DNA of 59,764 nt, filler included. It is 6 parts of 6 records of this genome, joined end to end, with 100 filler letters (N's around TTAATTAATTAA, not from the genome) between each part and the next. Parts side by side here need not be neighbours in the genome. Positions count along the whole stretch, not along the records: positions 1 to 21,061 come from DRR723986_14452; 5 more parts are not named here. One strand, written 5' to 3'. Positions 1 through 9,946 of this stretch are shown in pieces. The notes under the pieces were generated by a model that was not told where the DNA came from, did not search any database, and saw only the letters and a program-made list of their open reading frames with translations. A program made the translations under genes and the position numbers. The stretch's first letter is position 1, and each line of letters opens with the position of its first letter.

Positions 1-6
1 TAATTC

Positions 7-945
7 CTAGTTATCCATCATTCTCACCTCCCCACGTGGATGCATCTGCCTGATCACCCGCCCATGTGCCTCCGCATTAACTTTTACATATATCTGCGTA
101 GTCGAAATCGAACTGTGCCCCAGAAAGTACTGGATGTAGCGCGTGTCGACTCCGTTTTCCAGTAACAATGTCGCAATCGAATGGCGCAGAACATGTGGTG
201 TAATCTCATTGCCAAGATTGACTTCGCGGCAATACTTGCGCAGCATCAGGCGAATTGACTGCTCAGAGTAGCGCGTTCCGCGGTTGTTAATAAAAAAGAA
301 TGGACAAATGAGCGGCCGACGAATCTGGTCGTATTCGATTAATATCTTTTGGCTGACGCCTTCACAGATGGGAATGATGCGTTCACGATCGCCTTTCCCC
401 TGAATCTTTAAATGCCCAAGCTTCGGGTCGATATTATTCTTTTTTAGGTGAGACAATTCGGAAACGCGCATGCCGCTTGAAAACAAAAGTTCAAGCACCG
501 CCGTGTCTCGCAGCAGACGTGCATATTCAAGTGACTGCGCCTTGCGAGCTTTTTCTTTAGTGCTGTGCAAGTGATTTAACAGTAGCTCTACGTGCGCCAG
601 AGGCAAAGTGCGTGGAAGTTTTTGTGGTTCCTTGATTTTAACACGCATCTTGTGAAAAGGGCTGGCGGCGACCACGTCTTCAAACTCAAGGTAGTTAAAC
701 AAAGCCTTGAGGCAGGCAATTTTGCGTTTGACTGTTTTGGGTTTATTCTTCTCCAGCTGTGCGCGGATTAATTCGCGCAACACTGTCTTGTCAACTGCGG
801 TGATACTGTCGTCTAACTTCTGCCTAATACAGAACTCGCGGAACTGCCGCAGGTCTATTGAATATGCTTTGAGAGTCTTATCACTCAGATTTTTCTCGTA
901 ACGACAATGGAATAGAAAAGCGTCGATGGCTTGCTGAAGTGTCAT
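7..945 (-). CDS. Tyrosine recombinase/integrase (XerC/D-like)
   Basis: N-terminal SAM-like LSDKTLKAYSIDL motif; intact catalytic set GMRVSE (R), GKG (K), HVLRH, LGH, TQIY. Confidence 0.93.
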   Translation of the reverse strand: MTLQQAIDAFLFHCRYEKNLSDKTLKAYSIDLRQFREFCIRQKLDDSITAVDKTVLRELIRAQLEKNKPKTVKRKIACLKALFNYLEFEDVVAASPFHKMRVKIKEPQKLPRTLPLAHVELLLNHLHSTKEKARKAQSLEYARLLRDTAVLELLFSSGMRVSELSHLKKNNIDPKLGHLKIQGKGDRERIIPICEGVSQKILIEYDQIRRPLICPFFFINNRGTRYSEQSIRLMLRKYCREVNLGNEITPHVLRHSIATLLLENGVDTRYIQYFLGHSSISTTQIYVKVNAEAHGRVIRQMHPRGEVRMMDN

Positions 946-1048
946 TGAGTCTTTGCTCCGCGTATGCGCCTGGAAACCAAAAATGTGAAATTGGATTCCA
1001 AGTTAGCGGCAAAGACGATTTAGCCGAGTAAGCCGAGCGGCCTCCCCC

Positions 1049-1855
1049 TCACCCCACAATCTCCCGAAACACACGGTCCAACTCTCCAGACTCAACGCTG
1101 TTCCCTGGAACTTCAATCTTCAAGTCTTCAATCCTGGCGATTTCAGTCTCTATGAATGCGCTGATAGAATCGATTTGTGGACCGGCACCGAGCTCACTGC
1201 CGGCGCGCTTACGCACCAGGAGTTCATCGATATCGGCTCTGAGACTTGAAGCGGGCTCAATGAATCGATCCAGTAGCGTCTGGAATTCCATCGGCACGGG
1301 CCGCAAGTCTGCATCACTGCCGGCTTCAATCCACCTGACTGCCAACAGCGGTCGCAGAATGTAGAAATACTTCTTATAGCGTAGCTCCTTGCCGCCACGT
1401 AGAAAGTCCTTGGCATTGCCGCGCGCCATGTTCAGGTAGTGATACATGGATGCACGCGGCGAATAACACGTGCGCATCAATTGCCGCAGGCTCTCAGCCG
1501 CGGTTCCCTCTTCACGATAGATTATTGGGCTTTGCAGCCACTCCAGTAGCGGTGGATTTGATTTACGCAGCAACTTCAATGCCTTGCGGATGTCCCAGCC
1601 GCTGACGTCCAGCTCGTCCGATATGGGGCGTTCGATGACGTCGCGGCGGTTCTCAACGTCGATAGACATATACCAATCGGCCTTGCGTGCGTAGAGGAAG
1701 CGCACATCATAGTCGCTGTTTTGTGACTCAAAACCCCAGGCGCGGCTGCCGGACTCACAGGCGTAGAAGACGCGGACTTGTTTATCGGCCTCTATGCGCT
1801 TAATCTCTTTTTCGATCTCTGTGCGGACTGCGGAACTTATCACTGTACGTGCCAT
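1049..1855 (-). CDS. Predicted nucleotidyltransferase, YcgL/RlaP-like (DNA pol beta superfamily)
   Basis: ACESGSRAWGFESQNSDYDVRF motif, WDIRKAL, NPPLLEWL, KKYFYILRPLLA. Confidence 0.88.
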   Translation of the reverse strand: MARTVISSAVRTEIEKEIKRIEADKQVRVFYACESGSRAWGFESQNSDYDVRFLYARKADWYMSIDVENRRDVIERPISDELDVSGWDIRKALKLLRKSNPPLLEWLQSPIIYREEGTAAESLRQLMRTCYSPRASMYHYLNMARGNAKDFLRGGKELRYKKYFYILRPLLAVRWIEAGSDADLRPVPMEFQTLLDRFIEPASSLRADIDELLVRKRAGSELGAGPQIDSISAFIETEIARIEDLKIEVPGNSVESGELDRVFREIVG

Positions 1856-2641
1856 AACTTTGCACCTATCACCAGAACTTCTTCAGTCTGGCTTATCATT
1901 TTTGGATGAACTTTTCAGCAAATATACGGCAATCACACACCCCGGCGGTCAAGGGAATCACACATTCTTCCAGACATCAATTCCGCCCGCCACTGCAGAC
2001 GCAAAACATCAGCGTAATCTGACGGTAACAACTACTCGTTTTTGGACGGCGCGAAGCGAGTTGCAGGCGGATTTTGTCAAAATCCAACGTCAAAGCAGAT
2101 GTAAAACAACAATTTCTTTGCTCTGGTCATTATTGTGCAGTCCTGATGTTCTGATCCGGCAAAATCACAGAACAGTCGGGACAGAATCCCTTTTTTAAGC
2201 GCCGTAGAGCCGATTTTCAGCCTCACAGGCTCTCCACGGAGGGGACTAAAGTCAGGTCAAAATATTACCAAATTGTTATCAGATAATTTCCGTTTGATTG
2301 CGGACTTTTTACCATTTATTTAAAGTTTCATTGCAGCCAGATTACGGCTTTATTATCTGAAAATTATCCACAAATTGTTCTTGTACTTTTCTGCTCAGAG
2401 ATGGTTTAGAGTCGCACAAGGCCTCCCAAAATGCCGCGAGCTCGAACCTTATTTTGCAGGCGTACCACAAACACATTTTGGCAATCAAATCAGTTTCAAC
2501 TGCGATCTCTCCCGCAGCCGCACTGACGCCCAAATGGTTTGAAATCTCTCTCATTCGTTTCCAACGATTCGTTGCAGCATTACGCTCTAAACAATTTCAG
2601 CTGCAACCTTGAATGAATTCTCATATCTCCAGTGAGTCTCC

Positions 2642-3952
2642 ATGCAAGCTCTTTGTTTAGCCTGCCTGCTGCTCTTATGCAGCACATTTCAGGCACATGC
2701 TCAATCCTCCTCGCAGGACACGGTCCAGGTTACGGACCAAAACACAACTGACAATCTGCCGGAGAATTCCGCGCAGAATCCTTCTTTGGCAATTGCGCAG
2801 GGAGCGAATCAAAACGCTCCGACAGCTACGCCAACAGAGCGGCAGTCCTCTTTGGAAGTGCCGCGCATGCCCCGGGTTGAGGTTGAATACAAACGTGGCG
2901 GCGGTCTGCAGTTTCTATTCCCTGATCAGCAAGCCAAGTTTCGCTTGCGGGCCTACTTGCAGTCGCGCTACGATCAGCATTTCCGCACGGAAAACGAAGC
3001 ATTACAATCTGCCTTCTCCATCCAGCGTGCCCGCCTTGATGTGCGTTTACAGCTGATGGACAAATATTCGCTCGTCGTTGAACTCGATGCGCGTGGTGGT
3101 GCCAGCGCTCTGGCGGCGGCTTTTGCTGACGCCTGGTACGTTGAAAACCATGGTGTGCGGATTGGTAAGTTTAACACGCCATTTTCTCCGGAAGACATGC
3201 GCTCTTCGCGCAACCTTTCAACAATTGCACGTTACAACGCCATTACCTCAATTACCAAACTGCCGGCCATCGATAAACAAATCGGTGTTATGGCCATGGG
3301 GAGCTTTTTCGATAAAAGGCTCGGTTATTGGTTCTCATTGACAAATGGCAATGGCAAAGGCAGTGACAATCTGGCCGAAAACAACAACGCCAAAGACCTT
3401 GAGTTGCGTCTGGATTATCGTCCTATCCAGCACTTAACAATCACTGGAAGTTTGAATCTTGCCGAAGAGTTAAACCAGGAATTGCGCCTTCTCGATCACA
3501 CATCAGAGAAGTTTAATGTCGCCCAGGTTGGCGGCAAGCGCACCGGTGTTTTGGCAGCTGCCGAATACCAGAATGGTCGGTTCCTGGCACGCTCGGAGTG
3601 GTTCCGCTTTGAGTTTGATGAGAGCCTGCAGGAAGGCACACAGGACATTAACAGTTTCTGGGGTGGCGTTACCGAAACCGGCTACTTTATTAATGGCGAT
3701 CAACAGGACGGCATTCAGCTCATCGCTCGTTACGAGCACGCTGAGTACAATGACTTTGTGAACAATTTTAACGGCCCGACCTCGCTGCACAGTTACATTC
3801 TGGGCACGAACCTGTTTATTGACGGACTGTTCCGTATCCAGGTTAACGGCGTTTTTGAAGATGTTAACTCACCAATTTCCCTCGACGGCTCACGTTTTGA
3901 GGGACATGACAACTCGTTTACGATCATGAGTCTGGTTCAGATAAAGATCTAA
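2642..3952 (+). CDS. Outer-membrane porin, OprO/OprP (phosphate-selective porin)-like
   Basis: Signal peptide (AHA-Q), FSIQRARL and RIGKFNTPFSPE motifs, amphipathic beta strands, C-terminal VQIKI. Confidence 0.7.
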   Translation: MQALCLACLLLLCSTFQAHAQSSSQDTVQVTDQNTTDNLPENSAQNPSLAIAQGANQNAPTATPTERQSSLEVPRMPRVEVEYKRGGGLQFLFPDQQAKFRLRAYLQSRYDQHFRTENEALQSAFSIQRARLDVRLQLMDKYSLVVELDARGGASALAAAFADAWYVENHGVRIGKFNTPFSPEDMRSSRNLSTIARYNAITSITKLPAIDKQIGVMAMGSFFDKRLGYWFSLTNGNGKGSDNLAENNNAKDLELRLDYRPIQHLTITGSLNLAEELNQELRLLDHTSEKFNVAQVGGKRTGVLAAAEYQNGRFLARSEWFRFEFDESLQEGTQDINSFWGGVTETGYFINGDQQDGIQLIARYEHAEYNDFVNNFNGPTSLHSYILGTNLFIDGLFRIQVNGVFEDVNSPISLDGSRFEGHDNSFTIMSLVQIKI

Positions 3953-4007
3953 GCGACTGGTCGGCGCTCACTTGCAGAGTTGCCAAGACATCTGTTAACA
4001 CAAATTA

Positions 4008-4047
4008 TGGCTTGCGTGGATCACAATCTGCGCAGGCCATTTTTTTT
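4008..4047 (+). terminator. Intrinsic terminator after porin gene
   Basis: TGGCTTGCGTGGA...TCTGCGCAGGCCA stem followed by T8. Confidence 0.75.
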
Positions 4048-4050
4048 GAG

Positions 4051-4087
4051 CGCTTTGAGTCCGTCGTTGTACTCCGTCCTCAGGCTT
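4051..4087 (+). repeat. Dispersed intergenic repeat, copy 1 (partial)
   Basis: CGCTTTGAGTCC...CTCAGGCTT, matches copies at 14611-14675 and 59440-59514. Confidence 0.6.
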
Positions 4088-4837
4088 GCTTGCATTTATG
4101 TTAGTCGGTGTTCCCAAAGTCTGCAGCATTTACGTCCGCCTCACATCCCAATCCACGGTTCGGAGCATCATTCTGCAGGCTCCGGGCTCAAATTCTGTGT
4201 GACTCACCTGCGGGCTCCGAGCCGCTAGGCGCAAGACTCACAGTCTCAATTCTCTCAGTCTCTCAGTTTTTGATGCGGGCGTCAAGTCTTGGGGCCTGGG
4301 GATATCTTCAAGACTTTCGGAGCGATTGTTATCCGATTTCTGATCAATTTCGCGCTTAAAGACAGCAGGGTCGAGCCCTAAGGGCTCGACCCGCGTGTAA
4401 AATAATTGAGACTTGAGATTTTGTCCTCTAAATCCAAACCCAGAGACACCCAGACTTGATTGCTGACCGCTGATACTTTTTGCCTGGGAATTGTCAGAAT
4501 TCAAATAATTTGGAAAAACGCAGCGAGTATTACCTGCCACCAGCCGCGAGACACACAGCCGCCGATGCAGCCGCAAAACCCCAGAAACCCAAGACTCCTG
4601 GACATAAGGCGGGACAAACAAGAAACTCAAAAAAGACCAGCCGCAAGCGTGCCAACCGGCATAGCGCCGGCGCAGGCGGTCAAGAATCCAGGTAATATTC
4701 CTGCAGGCTGGAGACACGGCGTAACAATTGTGGACGAACTGCATTCCTTGCTCAAGCACAAATGTTGAACGAATGCGCGCCTGGACTCGGCCAGAGTGGA
4801 ACGAGATAGTCGCGATTCATCAACAAGGAACAAGACA

Positions 4838-6643
4838 ATGCGGCGAAACACAACAACGATCTTCATAGCGCTGCTCATAGCACAAACGGGCAGCAGCCTG
4901 ACGCTGCAGGCACAGGACAAGATGGCAATTCTCTACACGAGCCAGGGACAGGCACAAAGCCAGGCCGGCGCGGTAGACCACGACAACAACTACATTAACG
5001 GCGCAACGTTTAACACTGACCTTGTGGTAGAAGCGGACGACAAAATCCGCTTTAACACCGCAGGTGAAGCGACACAGCTGCTGTTAACAAAATACAATCA
5101 AAACGGCAAACTGCTCTGGGCTACAACGGCTGGTGGAGTTAACACCAACGAAGTTGTGCAGAATATCTCTTACGACATGTTTAACAACATTTACCTGAGT
5201 GGATATTTTGGCAATACACAACAGCCTGGCCCACAGAGCGCCAATTTCAGTTCAAACGGCGCAGATGCCGACGGCGATGGAGTCATTTCCACACAAGGCC
5301 ACGAAGATGCTTTCATTGCCAAGTACGATGCCGACGGTAATTACCAATGGGCACTGGCATTGGGCAACACAGGCGCAAATACGGCCGAACGCGCCTACGA
5401 TATCGTGACCGACGATTTTGGCTACAGCATTGTAGTTGGTGCCTTCCACGGGCAAATGAATTTTAACCCACGCGGCGCGGCGGTTGTAGACGGACTTAAC
5501 AACAACTCGGCCGGACTGTTCGTAGCGCGCTACGACGCCAACGGCATTCTCGACTGGCACTTCGTGATTGACGCACAAAATACAAATGTTGCCAAAGATG
5601 CGTACATCAGCTGCGATATAGATGACGACTTCAGTCTCTACCTGGCAGGTAACTTCCGCGGCCAGAATGTTAACATCAACCCACGTGGAGAAGCCGTCCC
5701 TATGACAAGTAATGGCGCTGGAGATATTTTCCTGGGGCGTTACAACATGGACAGCGGCAAGATGCACTGGGGACTGAGCATCGGCAGTTCGGAAGAAGAC
5801 ATGGTGGCTCCTGGAGCGCTGCGCTGCGACAATGAGGGCAATCCGTACTTCACGGGCCAACTTAGTGGCAATACGGCGGTTAACTTTGACGCGACCGGCG
5901 AACTTGAATTGGTTGAAAACTCAGCGCTCTACCTGGTAGGTTACAACAACAATGGCACACTGCGCGCACTGGCGGACATGCAGAGCGGCACGGGCGACGG
6001 CGGCCGGCGGGTTAACTTTGACAGCCAAAACAATGTCTACATTTCCGGTTACATGAATGCCAATGTGAAGTTTGGCGATCTTGGGCGTGCGGCTCACTCT
6101 CCGACGACGGACAGTTTCCTGGCCAAATACAGCAACAATCTGCAGACGTGCCACTGGGCGATTAACTTTGGCGGCGACTACGCGCAGGCGAACAATGCCG
6201 CAGCAGGGCTGGTTGTGGACCGCGAAGACAATCCGATTATCTCCGGCCAGCTGTTTGGCATTGGCGCCGACATCGACCCCAGCGCAGCGGTTTACAACGT
6301 TTCCAGCCAGGCGGGCCAGGACGCCTATGTCATCAAATACACGAGCGACGGTCAGCTGTGGGGTGCAAGGGCAACATCGGTTGACAACAGTGAAATGGGT
6401 GCTGCGAACTTAAACTCCGGCGTAACTGTTTATCCGAACCCGGCCGACAAAGAAATCCAAATCAATTCCGGTGGCATTGCAGCGCGTGCAGTTTTGATGG
6501 ATACACGTGGCAACAAAGTTGTTGAACACACATTGGAATCCGGGAATCTTGACGTCTCGACGCTGGCCTCGGGAACCTATCTGTTAAAAGTCTATGACTA
6601 CTACGATCAGCTGGTAGACAATGAATTGATCGTTGTCCGTTGA
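4838..6643 (+). CDS. T9SS type A sorting domain protein with SBBP-like beta-propeller repeats
   Basis: Signal peptide; repeated FIAKYDADGxxxW and NIYLSGYF motifs; C-terminal VYPNPA...LASGTYLL; ATG 4838 preferred over GTG 4796. Confidence 0.85.
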   Translation: MRRNTTTIFIALLIAQTGSSLTLQAQDKMAILYTSQGQAQSQAGAVDHDNNYINGATFNTDLVVEADDKIRFNTAGEATQLLLTKYNQNGKLLWATTAGGVNTNEVVQNISYDMFNNIYLSGYFGNTQQPGPQSANFSSNGADADGDGVISTQGHEDAFIAKYDADGNYQWALALGNTGANTAERAYDIVTDDFGYSIVVGAFHGQMNFNPRGAAVVDGLNNNSAGLFVARYDANGILDWHFVIDAQNTNVAKDAYISCDIDDDFSLYLAGNFRGQNVNINPRGEAVPMTSNGAGDIFLGRYNMDSGKMHWGLSIGSSEEDMVAPGALRCDNEGNPYFTGQLSGNTAVNFDATGELELVENSALYLVGYNNNGTLRALADMQSGTGDGGRRVNFDSQNNVYISGYMNANVKFGDLGRAAHSPTTDSFLAKYSNNLQTCHWAINFGGDYAQANNAAAGLVVDREDNPIISGQLFGIGADIDPSAAVYNVSSQAGQDAYVIKYTSDGQLWGARATSVDNSEMGAANLNSGVTVYPNPADKEIQINSGGIAARAVLMDTRGNKVVEHTLESGNLDVSTLASGTYLLKVYDYYDQLVDNELIVVR

Positions 6644-6722
6644 GGCTGAAAGCATTTAACAAAAATAGTACGGTTCATCGTGCTTAATGAACGGTGCTTG
6701 ATGAACGGTACTTCCACCGCCG

Positions 6723-6755
6723 CACTCCCTGGATTATTGCCCAATCCTGGGAGTG
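6723..6755. terminator. Hairpin between convergent genes
   Basis: CACTCCC-TGGATT...AATCC-TGGGAGTG inverted repeat. Confidence 0.5.
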
Positions 6756-6833
6756 TGTATTTTAAACCTCAGATGAGCAGAAGTAGACGCATGTGGCAAC
6801 TGTTGGCAAATCACTGATGTCAAGTTGCACTTA

Positions 6834-7598
6834 TTATTCACCAGACATAATTGATTCCACGATACTGCCTAAATTCGCTAGATCCGCTTTCGTTTTAAGA
6901 TATGTATCGGAGCGTGTTTCGCCCATATCCTGTATGCGGTAATCTGGCAGGTAGTGACTGAAGCACACAAATACAAAGGTGTCGACGATCCGTTCTTTTA
7001 ATGCATGCGGCACCTGATGCCTGGTGATGATTGTTTCTTCAATGCCGATATGAACTATCTCATGGATAATTGTATTGGCCGGATTATCATAACTTTTAAA
7101 CTGACCGGCCGGCGTAGTGTAGATTACTATCGAACCATCAGCAGGGTTGTAACTGCCGCCCGGACCATACAGGGTCAGATTGACTTGATAGGTTTTGAAT
7201 TCTATGAATTCCCAGTTGAAGTCCGATTCACTTAACTCACCAACCATTCTATTAATCAGCGCGACTTCGTTTTCTATTTTTGCATACCCGCTTTGATAGT
7301 CGGCCAGATTGAAGACACTATCTTTAACATACGCCTTTAGTTGCTCATAGTCTTCATTTCGCAAGCTTGCTGATAGCGCTTTCTGCCATAGCTCCTGAAT
7401 GAACACACCTCCAGGCAGACTGACCTTATAATTGTTTTCTTCGAAGAACCTGGCATCCTGAATTGTTTGCCAAATATATTCGGCTTCGGCATCAGCACTG
7501 GGAATGTTAATCGAGATTCTATTCTGACTATTGGCGGTACAAGTGGCAAACAATACCGACAAAATTAGCAGACTGATCTTGATGTTCATAGTGTTCAT
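6834..7598 (-). CDS. Secreted hypothetical protein with HEXXH (putative zinc metallopeptidase-like)
   Basis: Signal peptide, YGPGGSY and IIHEIVHIGIE motifs; start uncertain (7649/7598/7589). Confidence 0.6.
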   Translation of the reverse strand: MNTMNIKISLLILSVLFATCTANSQNRISINIPSADAEAEYIWQTIQDARFFEENNYKVSLPGGVFIQELWQKALSASLRNEDYEQLKAYVKDSVFNLADYQSGYAKIENEVALINRMVGELSESDFNWEFIEFKTYQVNLTLYGPGGSYNPADGSIVIYTTPAGQFKSYDNPANTIIHEIVHIGIEETIITRHQVPHALKERIVDTFVFVCFSHYLPDYRIQDMGETRSDTYLKTKADLANLGSIVESIMSGE

Positions 7599-7951
7599 AT
7601 TTTCACCAACAGCTGGATTGGTGTTGATTGTGGAAAACGTGTTTTTCATCGAAAAAAAGCTGCGACAGAATCACAAATTTCACAGCACATGCAGTCGACT
7701 TCAAGCTTGAATACATTATTATTTGACGCAATTATACATTGATTCTGGTATATATGCTATACAAAGCGTTTTTGCGGTATGACGCAGAGTGCGACTTTAG
7801 GCATAGCGTTTTACAATTTTGGCATATTTCTCTCCAGCCATCTCTGATTCCGGCTCAATGCAAGGGCTCAATGCAAGCATTGAAGACTATTAACTCCGAG
7901 TTATTGATTCGCCTGAACTTGTTCGAAGTTCAGGCGGGCTCAAAAGCTTGA

Positions 7952-9817
7952 CTACACGGCCTGGCGTTTGACAGGTGAATGTTTGCGGGACTGTTCAAAC
8001 ATTTGAAGAACCTTAAAGAGTCGCTCATGGCTGCGTACTTGCAGTTTCTTGCGAATATTCCGGCGATTGACTTCAACTGTGCGCACGGAGAGGCACAACA
8101 AGTCACCAATCTGTTTGCTGGTGCAGCCGAATTTAACAAGCAGACAAGTCCGCAATTCCGTCGTGGTCAGATTCGGGCATTGACGCGATAGCAGGGTGAC
8201 AAAACCATCGCTCAGGTCATTGAGTTTGTTTTCCCAATTGGAGAAGTCACTTTCCTGCTGAATCTGGGAATGAACATCCATAATCAGATTGCACAGATGT
8301 TTAATCCGGACGCTGTCGCCATCAATTAAACGGGCAATACGGCTTTCAATCTCCTGCACCAAACCGGCCAGTTTACGCTGTTGTTGAGCCAGACTATGTA
8401 GTTCGCGTTTTTTGCGGCGCACGGTGGACTGCATGGCTTCGTGTTGCATGGCTTCTTTTTGTTGCATCCGGCGGCGGCGTGCTACTGAGAGGCGTGCATC
8501 CAGCTGCGCCAGCAACTGCAGCTTCTCCTCGTTCAGTCCCTTCTCAAAGAGGTCCAGGTACTGCAGATACTCTTGTAGTGCGAATTCATGGTTGCCGGTC
8601 TGCTCGTAAATCTCGGACCGCAAATTGTAGAATCCGGCTTCTAAACCAATGTCTCCCAGCTGCGAGGCCAGCTCTATTCCACGTTCCGTGCTGGACAGAG
8701 CGGAGCGGAAACATTTTACAGCCAGCAGCACTTTGGCCAGAAAGTAGTCACTACTGGCACATATGTGATAGTGTTTAACACTGTTTGCCAGGTCGTAGGC
8801 TTTACGCAGAAAATACTGAGCGCCGAAGTAGTCACCCAGTTTGATTTTGGCATTGGCAATTCCGAACCAACACTCACTTAACCAGCGCTCACTGCCTTTG
8901 CCATGGAAGGCAATCACCGCCTGATAAAACTGTTTTAATCCAAGTTCAGCCGCACCAGTCTGGGTGTTTAACATCGCCAGGCTTCTGAGCGCTTCGGATG
9001 CCCGCCCGTAGAGATGATGTTTAAGTGCCAGTAAGTGCGCCTTTTGAAAGTGAACACGTGAAGTCGCATATTCCTCAATGTCCTTATACAATTCTCCCAG
9101 CACAATCAGATTCTTGGCTTCGTTGTTAACATCTTGTAACAGCACTGCCAGGTCGAGCGCCTTATGTGCATGCAGCAGACAGCATTCAAAATCCCACAGC
9201 ACAAAAGCACTGGCTGCTATGAAGTTGTGGAATCGCAAACGCAGAAAGTTGTACCTGGGAGCCTGATATTCAGGTAGATGCCGCCTGCAAAACTCAAGCG
9301 CCGTTTGAAAGTCCCCCAGCTGATAATACGTATCCGCCATTTCAAGGATGGCCTGTCCACGACAAAACATCGTCCCGGAGACGGCAGTAGATTGCATAAC
9401 ACACAGCAGTAACTGGCGCGCTTCAAGATATTGTCGATTTTCTATCAATGAATATGCTTCGCGGATTACAGCGTGGATCTGCTCTGCCTGCGCATCGGCT
9501 TTGCGACGCGACACAGCATTCTTCGGGAGAACAATCTGTACTCCCAGACGGCCACATTCGGCTGACGTCACATCCTGGGCGCGGACCGCAGCAAACATTT
9601 CAGGACTGATCTCATCGGCTATTGTTGACCTGCTAACAAGTGAATCTGACAAAGTGTGTACTCCTTCCTGTCGATCCTCCATATCTTCGGGGATGACAGT
9701 TTGTGCGTGTGGAGACCGGGCTTGTAGGGCCAGACAATCTAAGCGGGTTTCGCTGGAAGTCAATTCAAAAATTAAGCCCATAAGGAGATTGCACCTGATT
9801 TCGCCTCTTAAAGTCAC
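7952..9817 (-). CDS. TPR-repeat protein with C-terminal LuxR-type HTH regulator
   Basis: Multiple TPR-like helices, coiled coil, then PNLTTTELRTCLLVKFGCTSKQIGDLLCLSVRTVEVNRRNIRKKL; true start may be downstream. Confidence 0.85.
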   Translation of the reverse strand: MTLRGEIRCNLLMGLIFELTSSETRLDCLALQARSPHAQTVIPEDMEDRQEGVHTLSDSLVSRSTIADEISPEMFAAVRAQDVTSAECGRLGVQIVLPKNAVSRRKADAQAEQIHAVIREAYSLIENRQYLEARQLLLCVMQSTAVSGTMFCRGQAILEMADTYYQLGDFQTALEFCRRHLPEYQAPRYNFLRLRFHNFIAASAFVLWDFECCLLHAHKALDLAVLLQDVNNEAKNLIVLGELYKDIEEYATSRVHFQKAHLLALKHHLYGRASEALRSLAMLNTQTGAAELGLKQFYQAVIAFHGKGSERWLSECWFGIANAKIKLGDYFGAQYFLRKAYDLANSVKHYHICASSDYFLAKVLLAVKCFRSALSSTERGIELASQLGDIGLEAGFYNLRSEIYEQTGNHEFALQEYLQYLDLFEKGLNEEKLQLLAQLDARLSVARRRRMQQKEAMQHEAMQSTVRRKKRELHSLAQQQRKLAGLVQEIESRIARLIDGDSVRIKHLCNLIMDVHSQIQQESDFSNWENKLNDLSDGFVTLLSRQCPNLTTTELRTCLLVKFGCTSKQIGDLLCLSVRTVEVNRRNIRKKLQVRSHERLFKVLQMFEQSRKHSPVKRQAV

Positions 9818-9862
9818 TATGGAGCCGCCGTGATTTTACCGGGATCAGTTTAATAATTCACA

Positions 9863-9907
9863 AACAGCCGGCCGCGCGATTCCCGGTAGAATGCACGGCC
9901 GGCTGTT
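9863..9907 (-). terminator. Strong hairpin downstream of T9SS gene
   Basis: Perfect 12-bp arms AACAGCCGGCCG / CGGCCGGCTGTT. Confidence 0.6.
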
Positions 9908-9946
9908 CAAAAGCGAAGCTCTATTCTATTGTTTAGTTGGTCATCT

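Noticed and set aside
1002-1012. GTTAGCGGCAA upstream of and opposite to the recombinase, resembling an integron attI/attC core
   Set aside because: The recombinase lacks the IntI-specific insertion before the HxxRH box, no attC hairpins or cassette array follow, and the next gene has the wrong orientation for a cassette.
1998-2030. GACGCAAAAC, reminiscent of the c-di-GMP-I riboswitch
   Set aside because: The upstream GGCAAA/GAAA tetraloop stem and the other conserved elements are absent.
3980-4920. Several short overlapping ORFs between the porin and T9SS genes
   Set aside because: Low-complexity, repeat-rich intergenic DNA with no protein-like signal.
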